In this document: positions 1-10,690 of the stretch, piece after piece
Layout: each line of letters starts with the position of its first letter
Numbering within the stretch: position 1 is the stretch's first letter
Assembly: GCA_009693245.1 (NCBI GenBank)
Contig: SHXO01000001.1
Coordinates: 3,506-67,505 of the forward strand
Direction of reading: 5' to 3'
DNA: 64,000 nucleotides
Origin: Betaproteobacteria bacterium
GTDB taxonomy: Bacteria; Pseudomonadota; Gammaproteobacteria; Burkholderiales; SHXO01
Position numbers and translations under genes: made by a program
The notes under the pieces: model-generated
The model's database searches: none
Seen by the model: the letters and a program-made list of their open reading frames with translations, nothing else
Told to the model about the DNA's origin: nothing

Positions 1-207
1 CAGCGGTACAAAGGCCTGGGCGAAATGAATCCAACGCAACTGTGGGAAACAACCATGGACCCGACAGTTCGCCGTCTTTTGCGAACCCAGATCGAAGATG
101 CGATCGCCGCGGACGAAATCTTCACGACCTTGATGGGCGATGTGGTGGAGCCACGCCGGGCCTTTATCGAAGCAAACGCATTGGGGGTGCGCAACCTCGA
201 TGTCTAA
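1..207 (+). CDS. gyrB: DNA gyrase subunit B, C-terminal end (5' part lies outside the window)
   Basis: Frame 1 is open from nt 1: [21 protein letters not shown]...[25 protein letters not shown]. This is the conserved type IIA topoisomerase B-subunit tail, close to the E. coli GyrB C-terminus as I recall it. ParE is not fully excluded. Confidence 0.7.
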   Translation, partial: QRYKGLGEMNPTQLWETTMDPTVRRLLRTQIEDAIAADEIFTTLMGDVVEPRRAFIEANALGVRNLDV

Positions 208-2759
208 GCGGCTTTGCGGCGGCTCTTCGTCACGGGTTCGCTGGTCTCTTTGGTAGCTTTGGAACGCAAGGTTATCTCCGCACCAGGTTTGGCGGCTTTT
301 TTCGCTGGTTCCTTAGCCGCCCGCGCCTGAAACTCGAAGGTAATCTTGCCTCCAGCGCCCTTAACCAAGAAAGCTTTGAAGGGCCGGCCCTTCTTGGAAA
401 TGAACCGGGTGAATAAATCCGTGCGTCCTTCCTTGAGGAGCTTTTCCATCTGCGTGCGTGCGATCTCTTGCTGAAGAATAATTTTCCCCGAGCGAAAATC
501 GCAGCGCTTCACGGGTGTGTTCTCGCATAGATAACTCATGCCATGCTCATAGACGGCAGCACTGCATTTTGGGCAGCTTCCCAAGGGCTGTTGGCAGGAA
601 AAATCCATGTCCTCGCCACCGTCGCCCGCATCGTTTTGCCCGAAATCGAATTCCAATTTGAAATTTCCGGTCTCGGCATCGGACACGATGCGCAGAATCG
701 CGGCGAAGGGCCTGCCTATCTTGGAGCGAAAGCCCTGCAACGGCCCGAGCTCTCGTTTGCTTAGCAATTCTTCCACTTCGTCCATTTCGAACTGCCGGCT
801 GGCTGGAGTTTTGGTGATCGAGAATTCGCATTTTTCGCAAGCGAAGCGCCGGTAGTTTTCTTTCACCGTTCCCTTGCAATGGGGGCACTTGGTCTTCAGC
901 GTTGCGTAGTCGCCGGGAATGGTATCGCTATCGTATTCCTTGGCTCGCTTGACGATCTGAGCGGCGATTGCGGCGATCTCCTTCATGAACGTTTCACGCT
1001 TGAGTTTGCCGCGTTCCATCTGGGCAAGCTTGTACTCCCACTCCCCCGTGAGCACGGGTTGCGTCAGTTCCGCGACGCCGAGGCCGTGCAACAAAGTCAT
1101 GAGCTGGAAAGCCTTGGCCGTGGGAATGAGTTCGCGTCCCTCTCGCAATAGATATCGCTCGGTGATTAAACCTTCGATGATTGCCGCGCGTGTCGCTGGC
1201 GTACCTAAACCCTTCTGAGCCATGGCTTCGCGCAATTCATCGTCCTCGATCAACTTACCCGCACCCTCCATGGCCGAGAGCAAGGTTGCCTCTGAATAAC
1301 GGGCCGGAGGCCTGGTTTGCAGGCCAGATGCTTCGATCGCCTGGGTGAGCGCAGCTTCGTTCTTCTTCACTTCCACCAAGTTAGCATCTTCGCCCTGCAC
1401 CTCCTTGCCGTAGATCTCCAGCCAGCCTGGCATTACCAGAACTTTACCCTCGGTCTTGAAGAGATGCTTCTGAACGGCAGTGATACGAGTCGTGATGAGA
1501 TGTTCGGCGGCCGGGAAAAAGACGGCTAGAAAGCGCCTGGCGATCAGGTCGTAGATCTTGCCTTGAATCTCGTTCAAGCTCTTAGGGACGTCCGGTGTCG
1601 GGATGATGGCGAAGTGATCGCTAATCTTGGTATTGTCGAAGATGCGCTTATTCGGTTTTACCCAACCCTGCTTTTGGATCTTGGCGGCGAAACGCTGGAA
1701 GTTTTGGTTGCCTCCCATGGAAGAAAGCGTTTGCTTGACCGTCTTAATATAATCTTCCGGGAGGTGCCGGGAGTCGGTTCTCGGATAGGTAACCGCCTTG
1801 TGTTTTTCGTAGAGCTCTTGTGCGATGGACAAGGTGGTCTTGGCGGAAAAACCAAAACGCCCGTTGGCTTCGCGTTGCAATGAAGTCAAGTCATAGAGTA
1901 AGGGCGAGAGTTGAGTAGAAGGTTTCGATTCCTCGCTTACGGTACCCGTCTTGCCCTCGCAGGCCGCGACGATGGCCGAGGCTGCTTTCAATGACCAAAG
2001 CCGGTTCTCTCTGCGTTCCGAGTCTTCGTCATCTTTCTTGAACTTCGGATCGAACCAGCGGCCTTCGTAGACTCCAGCCTTGACGCCGAAGGTCGCGCGT
2101 ACTTCCCAATAGTCGCGAGGCACAAAAGCCTTGATGGCCTTTTCGCGGTCCACAACTATGGCTAGCGTCGGTGTTTGTACGCGACCGACCGTCGTCAAGT
2201 AGAAACCACCACTCTTGGAGTTAAAGGCAGTCATGGCGCGCGTGCCGTTGATGCCTACGATCCAATCGGCCTCCGATCTGCTGCGAGCCGCATTCGCAAG
2301 AGGCTCCATTTCCTTGCCGCTGCGAAGCGCCTTGAACCCGTCGCGAATGGCGGCCGGTGTCATGGATTGCAACCACAAGCGCTGAATAGGTTGCTTGGCG
2401 TTGGCGTTTTGCGCGATCAAGCGGAAAATCAACTCCCCTTCTCGGCCGGCGTCGCAGGCGTTAATGAGTTCAGTTACGTCCTTGCGCTTGATGAGCTTGT
2501 TGAGCAGGCGAAGACGGCCTTCGCTCTTGGCTATGGGTTGTAGCGAAAACTTACCTGGTATGACGGGGAGATGGGTGAAGGTCCATTTACCCCGCTTGGG
2601 ATCGTCTTCCGCGTACATCTCCAACAGGTGGCCAACGGCGGATGACAGCACATAACGCTCGGCTTCAAAGTATCCGTCGTGCTTGGAAAACCCGCCCAAG
2701 GCCTTGGCTATGTCGTTGGCAACAGAAGGTTTCTCGGCAATGATTAGAGCTTTGGCCAT
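204..2759 (-). CDS. topB: DNA topoisomerase III (type IA)
   Basis: From ATG 2759 the product starts [21 protein letters not shown]. The ORF-track start at 2849 adds 30 non-conserved residues. It has TOPRIM/type IA motifs ([10 protein letters not shown]), C-terminal Zn-ribbon CxxC pairs and a Lys-rich tail. It lies next to dprA, as in many betaproteobacteria. Confidence 0.85.
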   Translation of the reverse strand: MAKALIIAEKPSVANDIAKALGGFSKHDGYFEAERYVLSSAVGHLLEMYAEDDPKRGKWTFTHLPVIPGKFSLQPIAKSEGRLRLLNKLIKRKDVTELINACDAGREGELIFRLIAQNANAKQPIQRLWLQSMTPAAIRDGFKALRSGKEMEPLANAARSRSEADWIVGINGTRAMTAFNSKSGGFYLTTVGRVQTPTLAIVVDREKAIKAFVPRDYWEVRATFGVKAGVYEGRWFDPKFKKDDEDSERRENRLWSLKAASAIVAACEGKTGTVSEESKPSTQLSPLLYDLTSLQREANGRFGFSAKTTLSIAQELYEKHKAVTYPRTDSRHLPEDYIKTVKQTLSSMGGNQNFQRFAAKIQKQGWVKPNKRIFDNTKISDHFAIIPTPDVPKSLNEIQGKIYDLIARRFLAVFFPAAEHLITTRITAVQKHLFKTEGKVLVMPGWLEIYGKEVQGEDANLVEVKKNEAALTQAIEASGLQTRPPARYSEATLLSAMEGAGKLIEDDELREAMAQKGLGTPATRAAIIEGLITERYLLREGRELIPTAKAFQLMTLLHGLGVAELTQPVLTGEWEYKLAQMERGKLKRETFMKEIAAIAAQIVKRAKEYDSDTIPGDYATLKTKCPHCKGTVKENYRRFACEKCEFSITKTPASRQFEMDEVEELLSKRELGPLQGFRSKIGRPFAAILRIVSDAETGNFKLEFDFGQNDAGDGGEDMDFSCQQPLGSCPKCSAAVYEHGMSYLCENTPVKRCDFRSGKIILQQEIARTQMEKLLKEGRTDLFTRFISKKGRPFKAFLVKGAGGKITFEFQARAAKEPAKKAAKPGAEITLRSKATKETSEPVTKSRRKAA

Positions 2760-2860
2760 GGAGAGAAGAAATGTCGAAGTTCGGGTCCGGTGGGATGCAA
2801 AGTCCGGAAAAAGGCGCAGATGATAAGTGCAGCAGCCGCCTCGGCGCAACTTTCGCTGCG

Positions 2861-3955
2861 TTAGCCGGTGCGCTGGTAGAGGCCGCCAGGTAGAGTCACG
2901 ATGAGTCCTGCTAGCTCCAATTGGAGTAACTGCGCGCTCAATTTATCGACCGCCAGCCCGGACCGGTCGCACAGGCTGTCAAGATCCACAGGATCGTACC
3001 CAACGACCTTTAGAAGGGCTTCATCGTCATCCGATAATACTTCTCGGTGTGTACCTTCTTGGTTCGGCCCCGGCGTGCCCCATCCCAGTTCCTCCAGCAC
3101 GTCGCGCGCGGTCTCCACCAATTTCGCCCCCTGCTTGATAAGCGCATGGCAGCCTTTCGACAACGGAGAATGAATGGATCCGGGAATCGCGAATACATCC
3201 CGGCCTTGTTCCCCCGCGAGCCGCGCCGTGATAAGGGAACCGCTACCAATGGCGGCTTCCACCACTAGACACCCCAAGGACAGCCCGCTTAGGATGCGAT
3301 TGCGCCGGGGAAAATTCCCCGCGACGGGCGGCGTGCCCAGGGCAAACTCCGAAAGCAATAGGCCATCCGCCGCAATCATTCGCGCAAGATCGCGGTTGCG
3401 GGCCGGATAGACGCGGTCGAGCCCGGTCCCGACCACGGAGATCGTGGAGCCGTGGCCCTGCAAGGCACCGCGGTGAGCGCAGGCATCGATGCCAAGCGCC
3501 AACCCGCTCACGATGGTCAAGTTTGCGTCGCTCAGGGCTTGCGCAAAGCCCACAGCGTTCTTTTCGCCTTGTGCGGTGGGATTGCGGCTGCCGACGATGG
3601 CTAGCTTCTCGCAAGCCAGTAGTTCCCTTCGGCCCATGGCGTAGAGCAGTGCCGGGGCAAGGCTTATTTCCTTCAGCGCGGATGGGTAATCGGAGGACTG
3701 AAGGGTTACCAGAAAGCGATCCGGAGCTTTCAGCCAGTCCAAGGACTTGGCCAGCAATACGGGGTCGCAGCCCTCTTGCAGTGTCGCGGCGGCGGCCGCT
3801 CCTATGACAGCGGATGCTTGGGAGCGTGAAGCCTTAAGAACCGCCTCCGGAGAACCGAAGGCGGCGAGTAGTTTCTTGAGCGGGCTAGGCCCCAGGCCCT
3901 CTACTAAAGAGAGTCTTAACCAATCTTCGTTACGCGCCGCGGAGTCGTCGCTCAG
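2861..3955 (-). CDS. dprA: DNA processing/protecting protein DprA (Smf); the start codon is uncertain
   Basis: DprA core motifs are present: LAIVGSRNPT, GLALGIDACAHRGAL, FPRRNRILSGLS. The conserved N-terminal segment SDDSAARNEDWLRLSLVEGLGPSPLKKLLAAFGSPEAVL is in frame upstream of the track start (TTG 3757), up to a TAA at 3959-3961. The only start-like codon there is CTG at 3955. Confidence 0.8.
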   Translation of the reverse strand: MSDDSAARNEDWLRLSLVEGLGPSPLKKLLAAFGSPEAVLKASRSQASAVIGAAAAATLQEGCDPVLLAKSLDWLKAPDRFLVTLQSSDYPSALKEISLAPALLYAMGRRELLACEKLAIVGSRNPTAQGEKNAVGFAQALSDANLTIVSGLALGIDACAHRGALQGHGSTISVVGTGLDRVYPARNRDLARMIAADGLLLSEFALGTPPVAGNFPRRNRILSGLSLGCLVVEAAIGSGSLITARLAGEQGRDVFAIPGSIHSPLSKGCHALIKQGAKLVETARDVLEELGWGTPGPNQEGTHREVLSDDDEALLKVVGYDPVDLDSLCDRSGLAVDKLSAQLLQLELAGLIVTLPGGLYQRTG

Positions 3956-5099
3956 GGGTTATGCACCACGTCGTTGATATGGACTGGCCGGGAAGCGCTC
4001 AGCACGAGAGCGTAGGACATGCGAGGAAATACCCGGAAGACCATCGCCACACCGTAGCGCTCCTGGGCAAACGAAGAGTCCTGCCGCTATTGGCCGCCCT
4101 GACCGCCCCTTCGGAGTGAAACAATCCTAGCACGTGTCCCACATCCAGTTCGTCACGTCCGCCGCAGTTTAGCACCACAACCGAAAGCGGGGGAATTTCC
4201 CCAACGGATCCATCAGCGCCGACCACCACTTTTCCGCGAATTGGCTTGACTGGTGAGCGCGGTATGTAAGGGAGCGCGGAGGCGGGGAGGGCGACCGCCA
4301 GGCGGTCGCCGGAAATGATCTCTTGCTGCGATTTGGTGATCGTTCCCGCGCTCACATCGCCAAAACTATCCACTTCGAAATTTCCCAGATATATGGCCTC
4401 GTAACCCAACAGTTCCTTCGTATCGGGGTCTTCGAACCGGCGCCCCGGCCGGTAAACAGTCCAACGCCTCCCGTCGTTCTTCTTTACGCCTTCAGCATAT
4501 ACCGTATGTCCCGACGCCGCTATTACCCTTCCATCCGCCTGGGCGACAATGCGTGGCGCCCGCTTGACGGCTTCGGGATCCACAAGCAGTGCTTTGGACA
4601 AGAAGGGCTCGATGAGCCTGGGAGAAAGGGTAGGAATGGGCGCCGCGGAAAGATCCTGAGTGCGGATCTGAGGAGATAGCTTATCCGCGCCTTTCCAGCG
4701 TGATTCCGGAGACAGCGCGGAGGGCATGGTCCCATTTTCCGTCATTCCCTCCAAGCGTAGGCGGGGCGTGGCACCGGTCAAATCGAGGATGATGACATCG
4801 CCGGGGTATATGAGATGCGGATTCTTGACGTAGTCCTTGTTGATGCCCCACACGTCAGGCCAGCGCCAAGGATTTTGCAAGAAACGCTCGGAAATGCTCC
4901 ATAGCGTATCTCCTTTTTCCACGACATAGCGTGCGGGAGGGTTCTCCTTGAGAGAAGCTTTGTCCTCGCTTTGCGCCGCTGGCGCCGTTGAGGGCCCCTT
5001 GACTGCCGCCGCCTCCTCTTCGGACGCCGCCTTCAGCGGCTCAAGCAGGATCCCGGTGGCAAGAAGCACAGCCGATATAATCCGATTCATTGAATGCAT
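3952..5099 (-). CDS. LysM peptidoglycan-binding protein with signal peptide; C-terminus disrupted by an apparent 1-nt frameshift
   Basis: Signal peptide MNRIISAVLLATGILL. LysM motif YVVEKGDTLWSISERFLQNPWRWPDVW...IYPGDVI. The track ORF ends at 3999 with a non-conserved tail. The conserved-looking tail ERYGVAMVFRVFPRMSYALVLSASRPVHINDVVHNP* is in another frame and ends at TGA 3952-3954. Confidence 0.75.
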
Positions 5100-5217
5100 G
5101 GTTCTTTCATCTGACGTTGTCCCTGCTGCGTTAACGACCGAGCCGGGGCGATACTTTAAGTCCGTTTGTAGCGATTGCCGGTTGGAATCCGGGCAAGGTA
5201 TCTTTACCTCCTAAAAC

Positions 5218-5721
5218 ATGACCCGGCTCAACATCCTGGAATGGCCCGACCCTCGCCTTCATACCGTCGCTGAAAAGGTACGTTTGGTGGATGACCATAT
5301 CCGCACCCTAGTCAGCGACATGGCCGAAACCATGTACGCTGCACCGGGCGTCGGCTTGGCGGCAAGCCAGGTCGACGTTCACTTGCAAGTCATCGTCATT
5401 GATATCAGCGATACGCGGGACGAACTTAATGTCCTGATAAACCCCGAAATAAGCGAAAGCTCGGGGAATGCCGAGTTCGAGGAGGGCTGCCTATCCGTGC
5501 CGGGCATCTACGAAAATGTCGTACGGGCCGATAAAATCACCGTTCAAGCGCTGGACCGCGACGGACGACCCTTTACCTTGAAAGCAAACGGACTCCTGAG
5601 TGTGTGCATTCAGCACGAGATGGACCACCTGAAGGGAAAGGTATTTGTCGAGTACCTCTCCCGGCTTAAACAACAACGCATCTTGAGCAGGCTCAAGAAG
5701 CGGCAGCGGCGCACCGCTTAG
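5218..5721 (+). CDS. def: peptide deformylase
   Basis: [17 protein letters not shown] and QHEMDHL metal-binding motifs; 167 aa; followed by fmt. Confidence 0.95.
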   Translation: MTRLNILEWPDPRLHTVAEKVRLVDDHIRTLVSDMAETMYAAPGVGLAASQVDVHLQVIVIDISDTRDELNVLINPEISESSGNAEFEEGCLSVPGIYENVVRADKITVQALDRDGRPFTLKANGLLSVCIQHEMDHLKGKVFVEYLSRLKQQRILSRLKKRQRRTA

Positions 5722-5728
5722 CCCGCGA

Positions 5729-6664
5729 ATGCGCCTCGTGTTCGCGGGCACTTCGCGATTCGCCCGCGTGGCATTGGAGGCGCTCACGGGTGCCGGACAC
5801 GAAATCTGTCTGGTATTGACTCAGCCGGACCGGCCCGCCGGCCGCGGACACAAGCCGGCACAAAGCGAGGTCAAGCAGATCGCCCTAAGGCAAGGCATCG
5901 AGGTGTTCCAGCCAGTGTCTCTCAGGGACGAAGGCGCGCAAGCCCGTCTTCTGGAACAAAGGGCACAGGCCATGGTCGTGGCGGCCTATGGACTGATTCT
6001 GCCCAAGGTAGTGCTTCGCCTGTTTCCCTTGGGGTGCGTCAACATCCATGCGTCGCTGTTGCCGCGCTGGCGAGGTGCCGCCCCCATACAAAGGGCAATC
6101 CTTGCCGGGGACCAGAAGTCCGGTGTATGCATCATGCAAATGGAGGAGGGCTTGGATACTGGCCCGATCCTCCTGTGCCAATCCCTGGTCATCGATGCCA
6201 AGGAAACGGGCGGAACGCTCCATGACAAACTTGCCGCTTTAGGGAGTAAGCTCATCGTGCAGGCGCTCTCGAACCTTGAAGCGGGCACGGCAAAAGCGAT
6301 GCCTCAATCAAACGATGGCGTGACCTACGCCCGCAAGATTTCCAAGGAGGAGGCCCGCATCGATTGGAGTCAAGAAGCGCGTCATATCGATGCGCAAATT
6401 CGCGCGTTCGACCCGGTGCCGGTAGCCTTTACGAATCTGGCGGGCGAGCCTATACGAATCTGGCGGGCAAGCGTCGTGAGCGGCGGCTCGGAAGACGCCA
6501 AACCAGGGCACATCGTCGCGGCCTCTTCCAGCGGAATCGATGTCGCCTGCGGAAAAGGCGTACTACGCATTCTGGAGCTACAAAAAGCCGGTGGTAAGAG
6601 ACTTCAGGTGCCCGATTTCTTGCGAGGCCAGGCGGTGCCGGCGGGAAGTGTGTTGGGCAATTGA
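5729..6664 (+). CDS. fmt: methionyl-tRNA formyltransferase
   Basis: MRLVFAGT...VLTQPDRPAGRG...NIHASLLPRWRGAAPIQRAI; def-fmt synteny. Confidence 0.95.
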   Translation: MRLVFAGTSRFARVALEALTGAGHEICLVLTQPDRPAGRGHKPAQSEVKQIALRQGIEVFQPVSLRDEGAQARLLEQRAQAMVVAAYGLILPKVVLRLFPLGCVNIHASLLPRWRGAAPIQRAILAGDQKSGVCIMQMEEGLDTGPILLCQSLVIDAKETGGTLHDKLAALGSKLIVQALSNLEAGTAKAMPQSNDGVTYARKISKEEARIDWSQEARHIDAQIRAFDPVPVAFTNLAGEPIRIWRASVVSGGSEDAKPGHIVAASSSGIDVACGKGVLRILELQKAGGKRLQVPDFLRGQAVPAGSVLGN

Positions 6665-6670
6665 TACTCC

Positions 6671-7942
6671 ATGAGGAAAAACCAGCAGCTTGCTAGCGAC
6701 ATTGTTCTCGCGGTCTTGTCGGGTGAAAGCCTTTCGGATCAATTCTCCCCCCTATGGCGTGCGTATCCGGCTCTTGGCGCATCGGACCGGGGCACCATTC
6801 AGGATTTAAGCTATGGCACCTTGCGCCGCCTCGGTGAATTGCAGGCGTATGCCGCATTCATGACTCGCAAACCCATCGCGGACGACCGCGTAAAGGCGCT
6901 GCTATGGGTGAGCTTGTACCAGCTGCTTCATACCCGTAACGCGCCTCACGCCGTGGTCAATGAGGCGGTGAACGCCGCGCAAGAGACTGGCCGGCCTTGG
7001 GCAAAGCCTTTGGTGAATGCATTGCTGCGGCGGTTTCTGCGTGAACAAACCGGGCTCAAATCTCGTATCTCTTGGACAGAAGAAGCGCTTTACTCCTACC
7101 CCTCGTGGTGGATAGAACGGCTCAAGCGTGATCATCCCCAAGACTATGCCCCGATACTCGCCGAGGGCAATCGCCATCCTCCCATGACCTTGCGGGTGAA
7201 CCGGCGCAAGCAAACCCAGGAGAGCTATCTTGAGAAACTCTCGGAACTGGGCATGGCCGCCACCCCCGTGGGAGAGGCAGGGTTGGTTCTCGGGCAACCT
7301 GTGCCAGTGGAGCGGTTGCCGGGATTCGGCGAAGGTTGGGTTTCCGTCCAAGACTACGGCGCCCAACTGGTACCCGCCCTTCTCCAGCCCAAGGATGGCA
7401 TGCGCATCTGCGACGCCTGCTCCGCACCAGGCGGCAAGACCGCCCATCTGCTGGAGACGGCCGCGGTGCACATGACGGCGCTCGACGTAAGCGCGCAGCG
7501 CCTCGAGCGTGTGCGGGGGACTCTGGATCGTCTTGGATTGGATGCTTCGCTTAAGGCGGCAGACGCGGAGAATATTTCCGCCTGGTGGGATGGCGAACCC
7601 TACGACAGCGTTTTGCTCGATGCGCCGTGCAGCGCCTCGGGTGTCGTGCGCAGGCATCCCGACAGCAAATGGCTTCGCCGGGACCAAGACATTGCCCAAT
7701 ACGCGCGCCATCAACACCGCCTTCTCGATGCGCTTTGGCGGGTCGTCAAACCCTGTGGTAAATTGCTCTATGTGACCTGCTCCCTATTCAAGGCGGAGAA
7801 CGAAGACGTCATCGCGCCGTTTTGCGAGCGCACGCGCGATGCGCGCCTCGCGCCCAGCGCATTCCCGTTGGATACCGCCGGACGATGGATGCCCAGTGCC
7901 CATAACGATGGTTTCTTCTACGCCTTACTTCATAAGGGCTAA
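6671..7942 (+). CDS. rsmB: 16S rRNA (cytosine967-C5)-methyltransferase RsmB
   Basis: N-terminal NusB-like domain plus a SAM-MTase core (DACSAPGGKT, LLDAPCSASGVVRRHPD, LLYVTCS); downstream of fmt. Confidence 0.9.
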   Translation: MRKNQQLASDIVLAVLSGESLSDQFSPLWRAYPALGASDRGTIQDLSYGTLRRLGELQAYAAFMTRKPIADDRVKALLWVSLYQLLHTRNAPHAVVNEAVNAAQETGRPWAKPLVNALLRRFLREQTGLKSRISWTEEALYSYPSWWIERLKRDHPQDYAPILAEGNRHPPMTLRVNRRKQTQESYLEKLSELGMAATPVGEAGLVLGQPVPVERLPGFGEGWVSVQDYGAQLVPALLQPKDGMRICDACSAPGGKTAHLLETAAVHMTALDVSAQRLERVRGTLDRLGLDASLKAADAENISAWWDGEPYDSVLLDAPCSASGVVRRHPDSKWLRRDQDIAQYARHQHRLLDALWRVVKPCGKLLYVTCSLFKAENEDVIAPFCERTRDARLAPSAFPLDTAGRWMPSAHNDGFFYALLHKG

Positions 7943-8498
7943 GCCACGCCTCAAAGCGCTCGCGGCTCTGTGCTGCATGCTCTGTTGCTTGCGCGCGGCG
8001 TGGGCCGAGGGCATTGTCATCAAGTCCGCCGAGATCCTGCCACAGGAGAATGCCCTCACTCTTAACATAACCTTCGATGTTTCCTTGGGCCATGTTCTGG
8101 AAGATGCTCTGACACGGGGTGTTACGTTGAATTTCGTCACCGAGTTCGAGCTGCAATATTCGCGCTGGTATTTCTTCAATTTATGGAACCGGGATGTCGC
8201 GGCGTATCGTAGCCAGCAAAAATTGTTCTATAACTTACTGAGCCGCCAGTACCGTTTGAGCGCAGGGGGCTTACATCAATCCTTCGATACCTTGGAAGAG
8301 GCATTAGCGGTCTTGGGACGAACGCGCAACCGGCCCATCGCCGCGCGCGACGCGGTTCCTCCAGGCGAGGTCTACATCGCGGGTGTGCGCATGCGTCTCG
8401 ATACTTCGCAGTTACCCAAGCCGCTTCAGATCAACGCGCTTGGCTCGCGCGATTGGAATTTAGGTTCCGATTGGTACCGCTGGACCTTCAAACCGTGA
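7908..8498 (+). CDS. DUF4390 domain-containing periplasmic protein
   Basis: From ATG 7908 there is a signal-like segment (LKALAALCCMLCCLRAAWA). Its position between rsmB and ntrY is the conserved DUF4390 slot. The track start at 7839 overlaps the rsmB 3' end. Confidence 0.6.
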   Translation: MVSSTPYFIRAKPRLKALAALCCMLCCLRAAWAEGIVIKSAEILPQENALTLNITFDVSLGHVLEDALTRGVTLNFVTEFELQYSRWYFFNLWNRDVAAYRSQQKLFYNLLSRQYRLSAGGLHQSFDTLEEALAVLGRTRNRPIAARDAVPPGEVYIAGVRMRLDTSQLPKPLQINALGSRDWNLGSDWYRWTFKP

Positions 8499-10687
8499 GC
8501 ACGTCCTTCAAGAGCTTGAGGAAGCAATTCGCCAGCCGGAGCGTGCAGCTTTTGGTGGCTTTCCTTTTGGGCTTGGGCGTCGTCGTGCTTTATTTGCTGT
8601 TGAGTGCCAGCAGCAACACGGCGATGTTCGCGCAAGACCTCCCCGTGCTGCTGGGGATCACGCTTGTGCTGGTGCTGGTGTTAATGGGCCTGGTGGGTTA
8701 TCAGTTGCTCATTTTGCGCAGACGCCTGCGCGCCGGTTTGTTTGGTTCCAAGCTGGCGTTGCGCTTGGTGCTGCTGTTCGCCCTGGTCGCCGTACTTCCC
8801 GGTGCGCTGGTATACAGCGTGTCCGTGCAGTTCCTCAATCGCAGCATCGAATCCTGGTTCGATGTGCGGGTGGACAAGGCGCTTGAAAGCGGACTGCGCC
8901 TGGGCCGCACGGTGCTGGAGAATCTTCTGCAAGAACTCACGCAGAAGGCACACAACGCCGCCAACGCCCTAGAGCGTGTATACACGACGCGACACGCCTC
9001 GGTCATCAACGAATTGCGCGAGCAAACCGGGGTGCAGGAAGTTGCGCTTTTTCGCTCCGATGGAACCTTGATCGTATTCTCAGGAAGCGAAAGCAGCGGG
9101 CTAATGCCGGTTATGCCCAAGGCTGACTCCTTACGCCAAGTTCGCATGATGAAAACCTTCCGGGCCATCGAGTCGGATTCTGGAACGGGTTATCTCTTGC
9201 GAGTGGTGGTTCCCGTGGACCGCCCGGGAGATGAAATTCATGCCCTGCAACTCGTGCAGGCCGTGCCCAAAGTATTGGCACGCGACGCCGAACAAGTCAA
9301 AGCGATGTACCGCGATTACCAAGAATTGGAACTCTCGCGCACCGGGCTTAAGCGGCTTTATGGTATCTCCCTGACGCTGACCTTGCTGCTTGCCCTGTCC
9401 TCCGCACTATTGCTCGCGATTTTATTCAGCGAACGCTTGGCCGCGCCTTTGCGCGCGTTAGCGGCCGGTACGCGTGCGGTGGCGCAGGGCGATTTCACGC
9501 TTCGCCACCCCGTTCAGCGCCATGATGAATTAGGCGTGCTGACGGAATCCTTCAACACCATGACTCACCAGCTATCCGAAGCGCAAAGCGAGGTCATGCA
9601 AAACCAGGAAGCGTTGCATGCGGCAAAGACCTATCTGGAGAGTATCGTCGACAAGCTATCGGCTGGCGTCTTGTCCCTGGATTCGGAGTGCCAACTACGC
9701 TCCTTCAACCCCAGCGCGGCACTGATTCTGGGCGCGGACTTGGGCGCGCTCATAGGGAGACCGCTTTCCCATTGGGGAAGACACGACGAGAAACTGGCGC
9801 AAGTCGCGACCGAAGTGAGCCCCCTACTCGACCGCCCCACCGCGGCTTCATGGGAGGCCCAATTCGAGTTCAAGGCCGAGGGCGGCGCTAAAATTCTTCT
9901 CGTGCGGGGTTCCAGCTTGCAACCCGGCGGCGGTTACATCGTGGTTTTCGACGACATTACGCGGGTGCTGCAAGCCCAGCGCTATGCGGCCTGGGGTGAA
10001 GTCGCGCGCCGCTTCGCGCACGAAATCAAGAATCCGCTTACACCGATTCAGCTTTCAGCCGAAAGGCTGGAGCATAGGCTGGTGGAGAAGCTCGCCGGGG
10101 AGGACGCCGACATGGTGCGCCGCTCCACCCGAACCATCGTCAATCAGGTGACGGCGCTCAAGGGAATGGTGGACGCCTTTAGCCACTATGCGCGCGCGCC
10201 CGAGATCAAGTTGCAAGCGCTCGATCTGAATTTCCTGGTGCAAGAAATACTGTCTTTGTACGAAGCCAACCGGCCTATCATCGAGCCCCGCCTTGGCGCG
10301 GGGTTGCAAGCGGTTATGGGAGATCCCGCGCAGCTGCGGCAAGTGATTCATAACCTGCTGCAAAACGCGCAGCAAGCCGTGGGAGAACAAAGTGACGCGC
10401 GAATCGAACTGCGCACCGAAGCCATGCCCGCGGGGGCGCGTATTTGCGTGAGCGACAATGGCCCCGGATTCCCCGCGGAACTGCTGGGGCGCTTATTTGA
10501 ACCCTATGTGACCACGAAGACCAAGGGCACGGGGCTAGGGCTGGCGATCGTGAAACGCATCGTCGAGGAACATAACGGGCAAATCGAATTGCAGAATCTC
10601 CCCGTGCGAGGCGCCTTGGTGCGCGTTACCATACCCTGGGCGCAAGCGCCTGCCCGCGTTGCGGAAATAAAGGCAAGAGCCGGATAA
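8495..10687 (+). CDS. ntrY: two-component sensor histidine kinase NtrY-like (TM-HAMP-PAS-HisKA-HATPase)
   Basis: TM helices, a HAMP region, the H-box FAHEIKNPLTPIQLSAERL, the N/G boxes HNLLQNA, DNGPGF and GTGLGLAIV. GTG 8495 forms a GTGA overlap with the upstream stop. Confidence 0.85.
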   Translation: MSTSFKSLRKQFASRSVQLLVAFLLGLGVVVLYLLLSASSNTAMFAQDLPVLLGITLVLVLVLMGLVGYQLLILRRRLRAGLFGSKLALRLVLLFALVAVLPGALVYSVSVQFLNRSIESWFDVRVDKALESGLRLGRTVLENLLQELTQKAHNAANALERVYTTRHASVINELREQTGVQEVALFRSDGTLIVFSGSESSGLMPVMPKADSLRQVRMMKTFRAIESDSGTGYLLRVVVPVDRPGDEIHALQLVQAVPKVLARDAEQVKAMYRDYQELELSRTGLKRLYGISLTLTLLLALSSALLLAILFSERLAAPLRALAAGTRAVAQGDFTLRHPVQRHDELGVLTESFNTMTHQLSEAQSEVMQNQEALHAAKTYLESIVDKLSAGVLSLDSECQLRSFNPSAALILGADLGALIGRPLSHWGRHDEKLAQVATEVSPLLDRPTAASWEAQFEFKAEGGAKILLVRGSSLQPGGGYIVVFDDITRVLQAQRYAAWGEVARRFAHEIKNPLTPIQLSAERLEHRLVEKLAGEDADMVRRSTRTIVNQVTALKGMVDAFSHYARAPEIKLQALDLNFLVQEILSLYEANRPIIEPRLGAGLQAVMGDPAQLRQVIHNLLQNAQQAVGEQSDARIELRTEAMPAGARICVSDNGPGFPAELLGRLFEPYVTTKTKGTGLGLAIVKRIVEEHNGQIELQNLPVRGALVRVTIPWAQAPARVAEIKARAG

Positions 10688-10690
10688 AAA

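Noticed and set aside
2760-2860. Possible missing smg (DUF494) gene between dprA and the topoisomerase.
   Set aside because: The gap is only about 100 nt and has no ORF. The topoisomerase here is the topo III type rather than topA, so the dprA-smg-topA arrangement need not apply.
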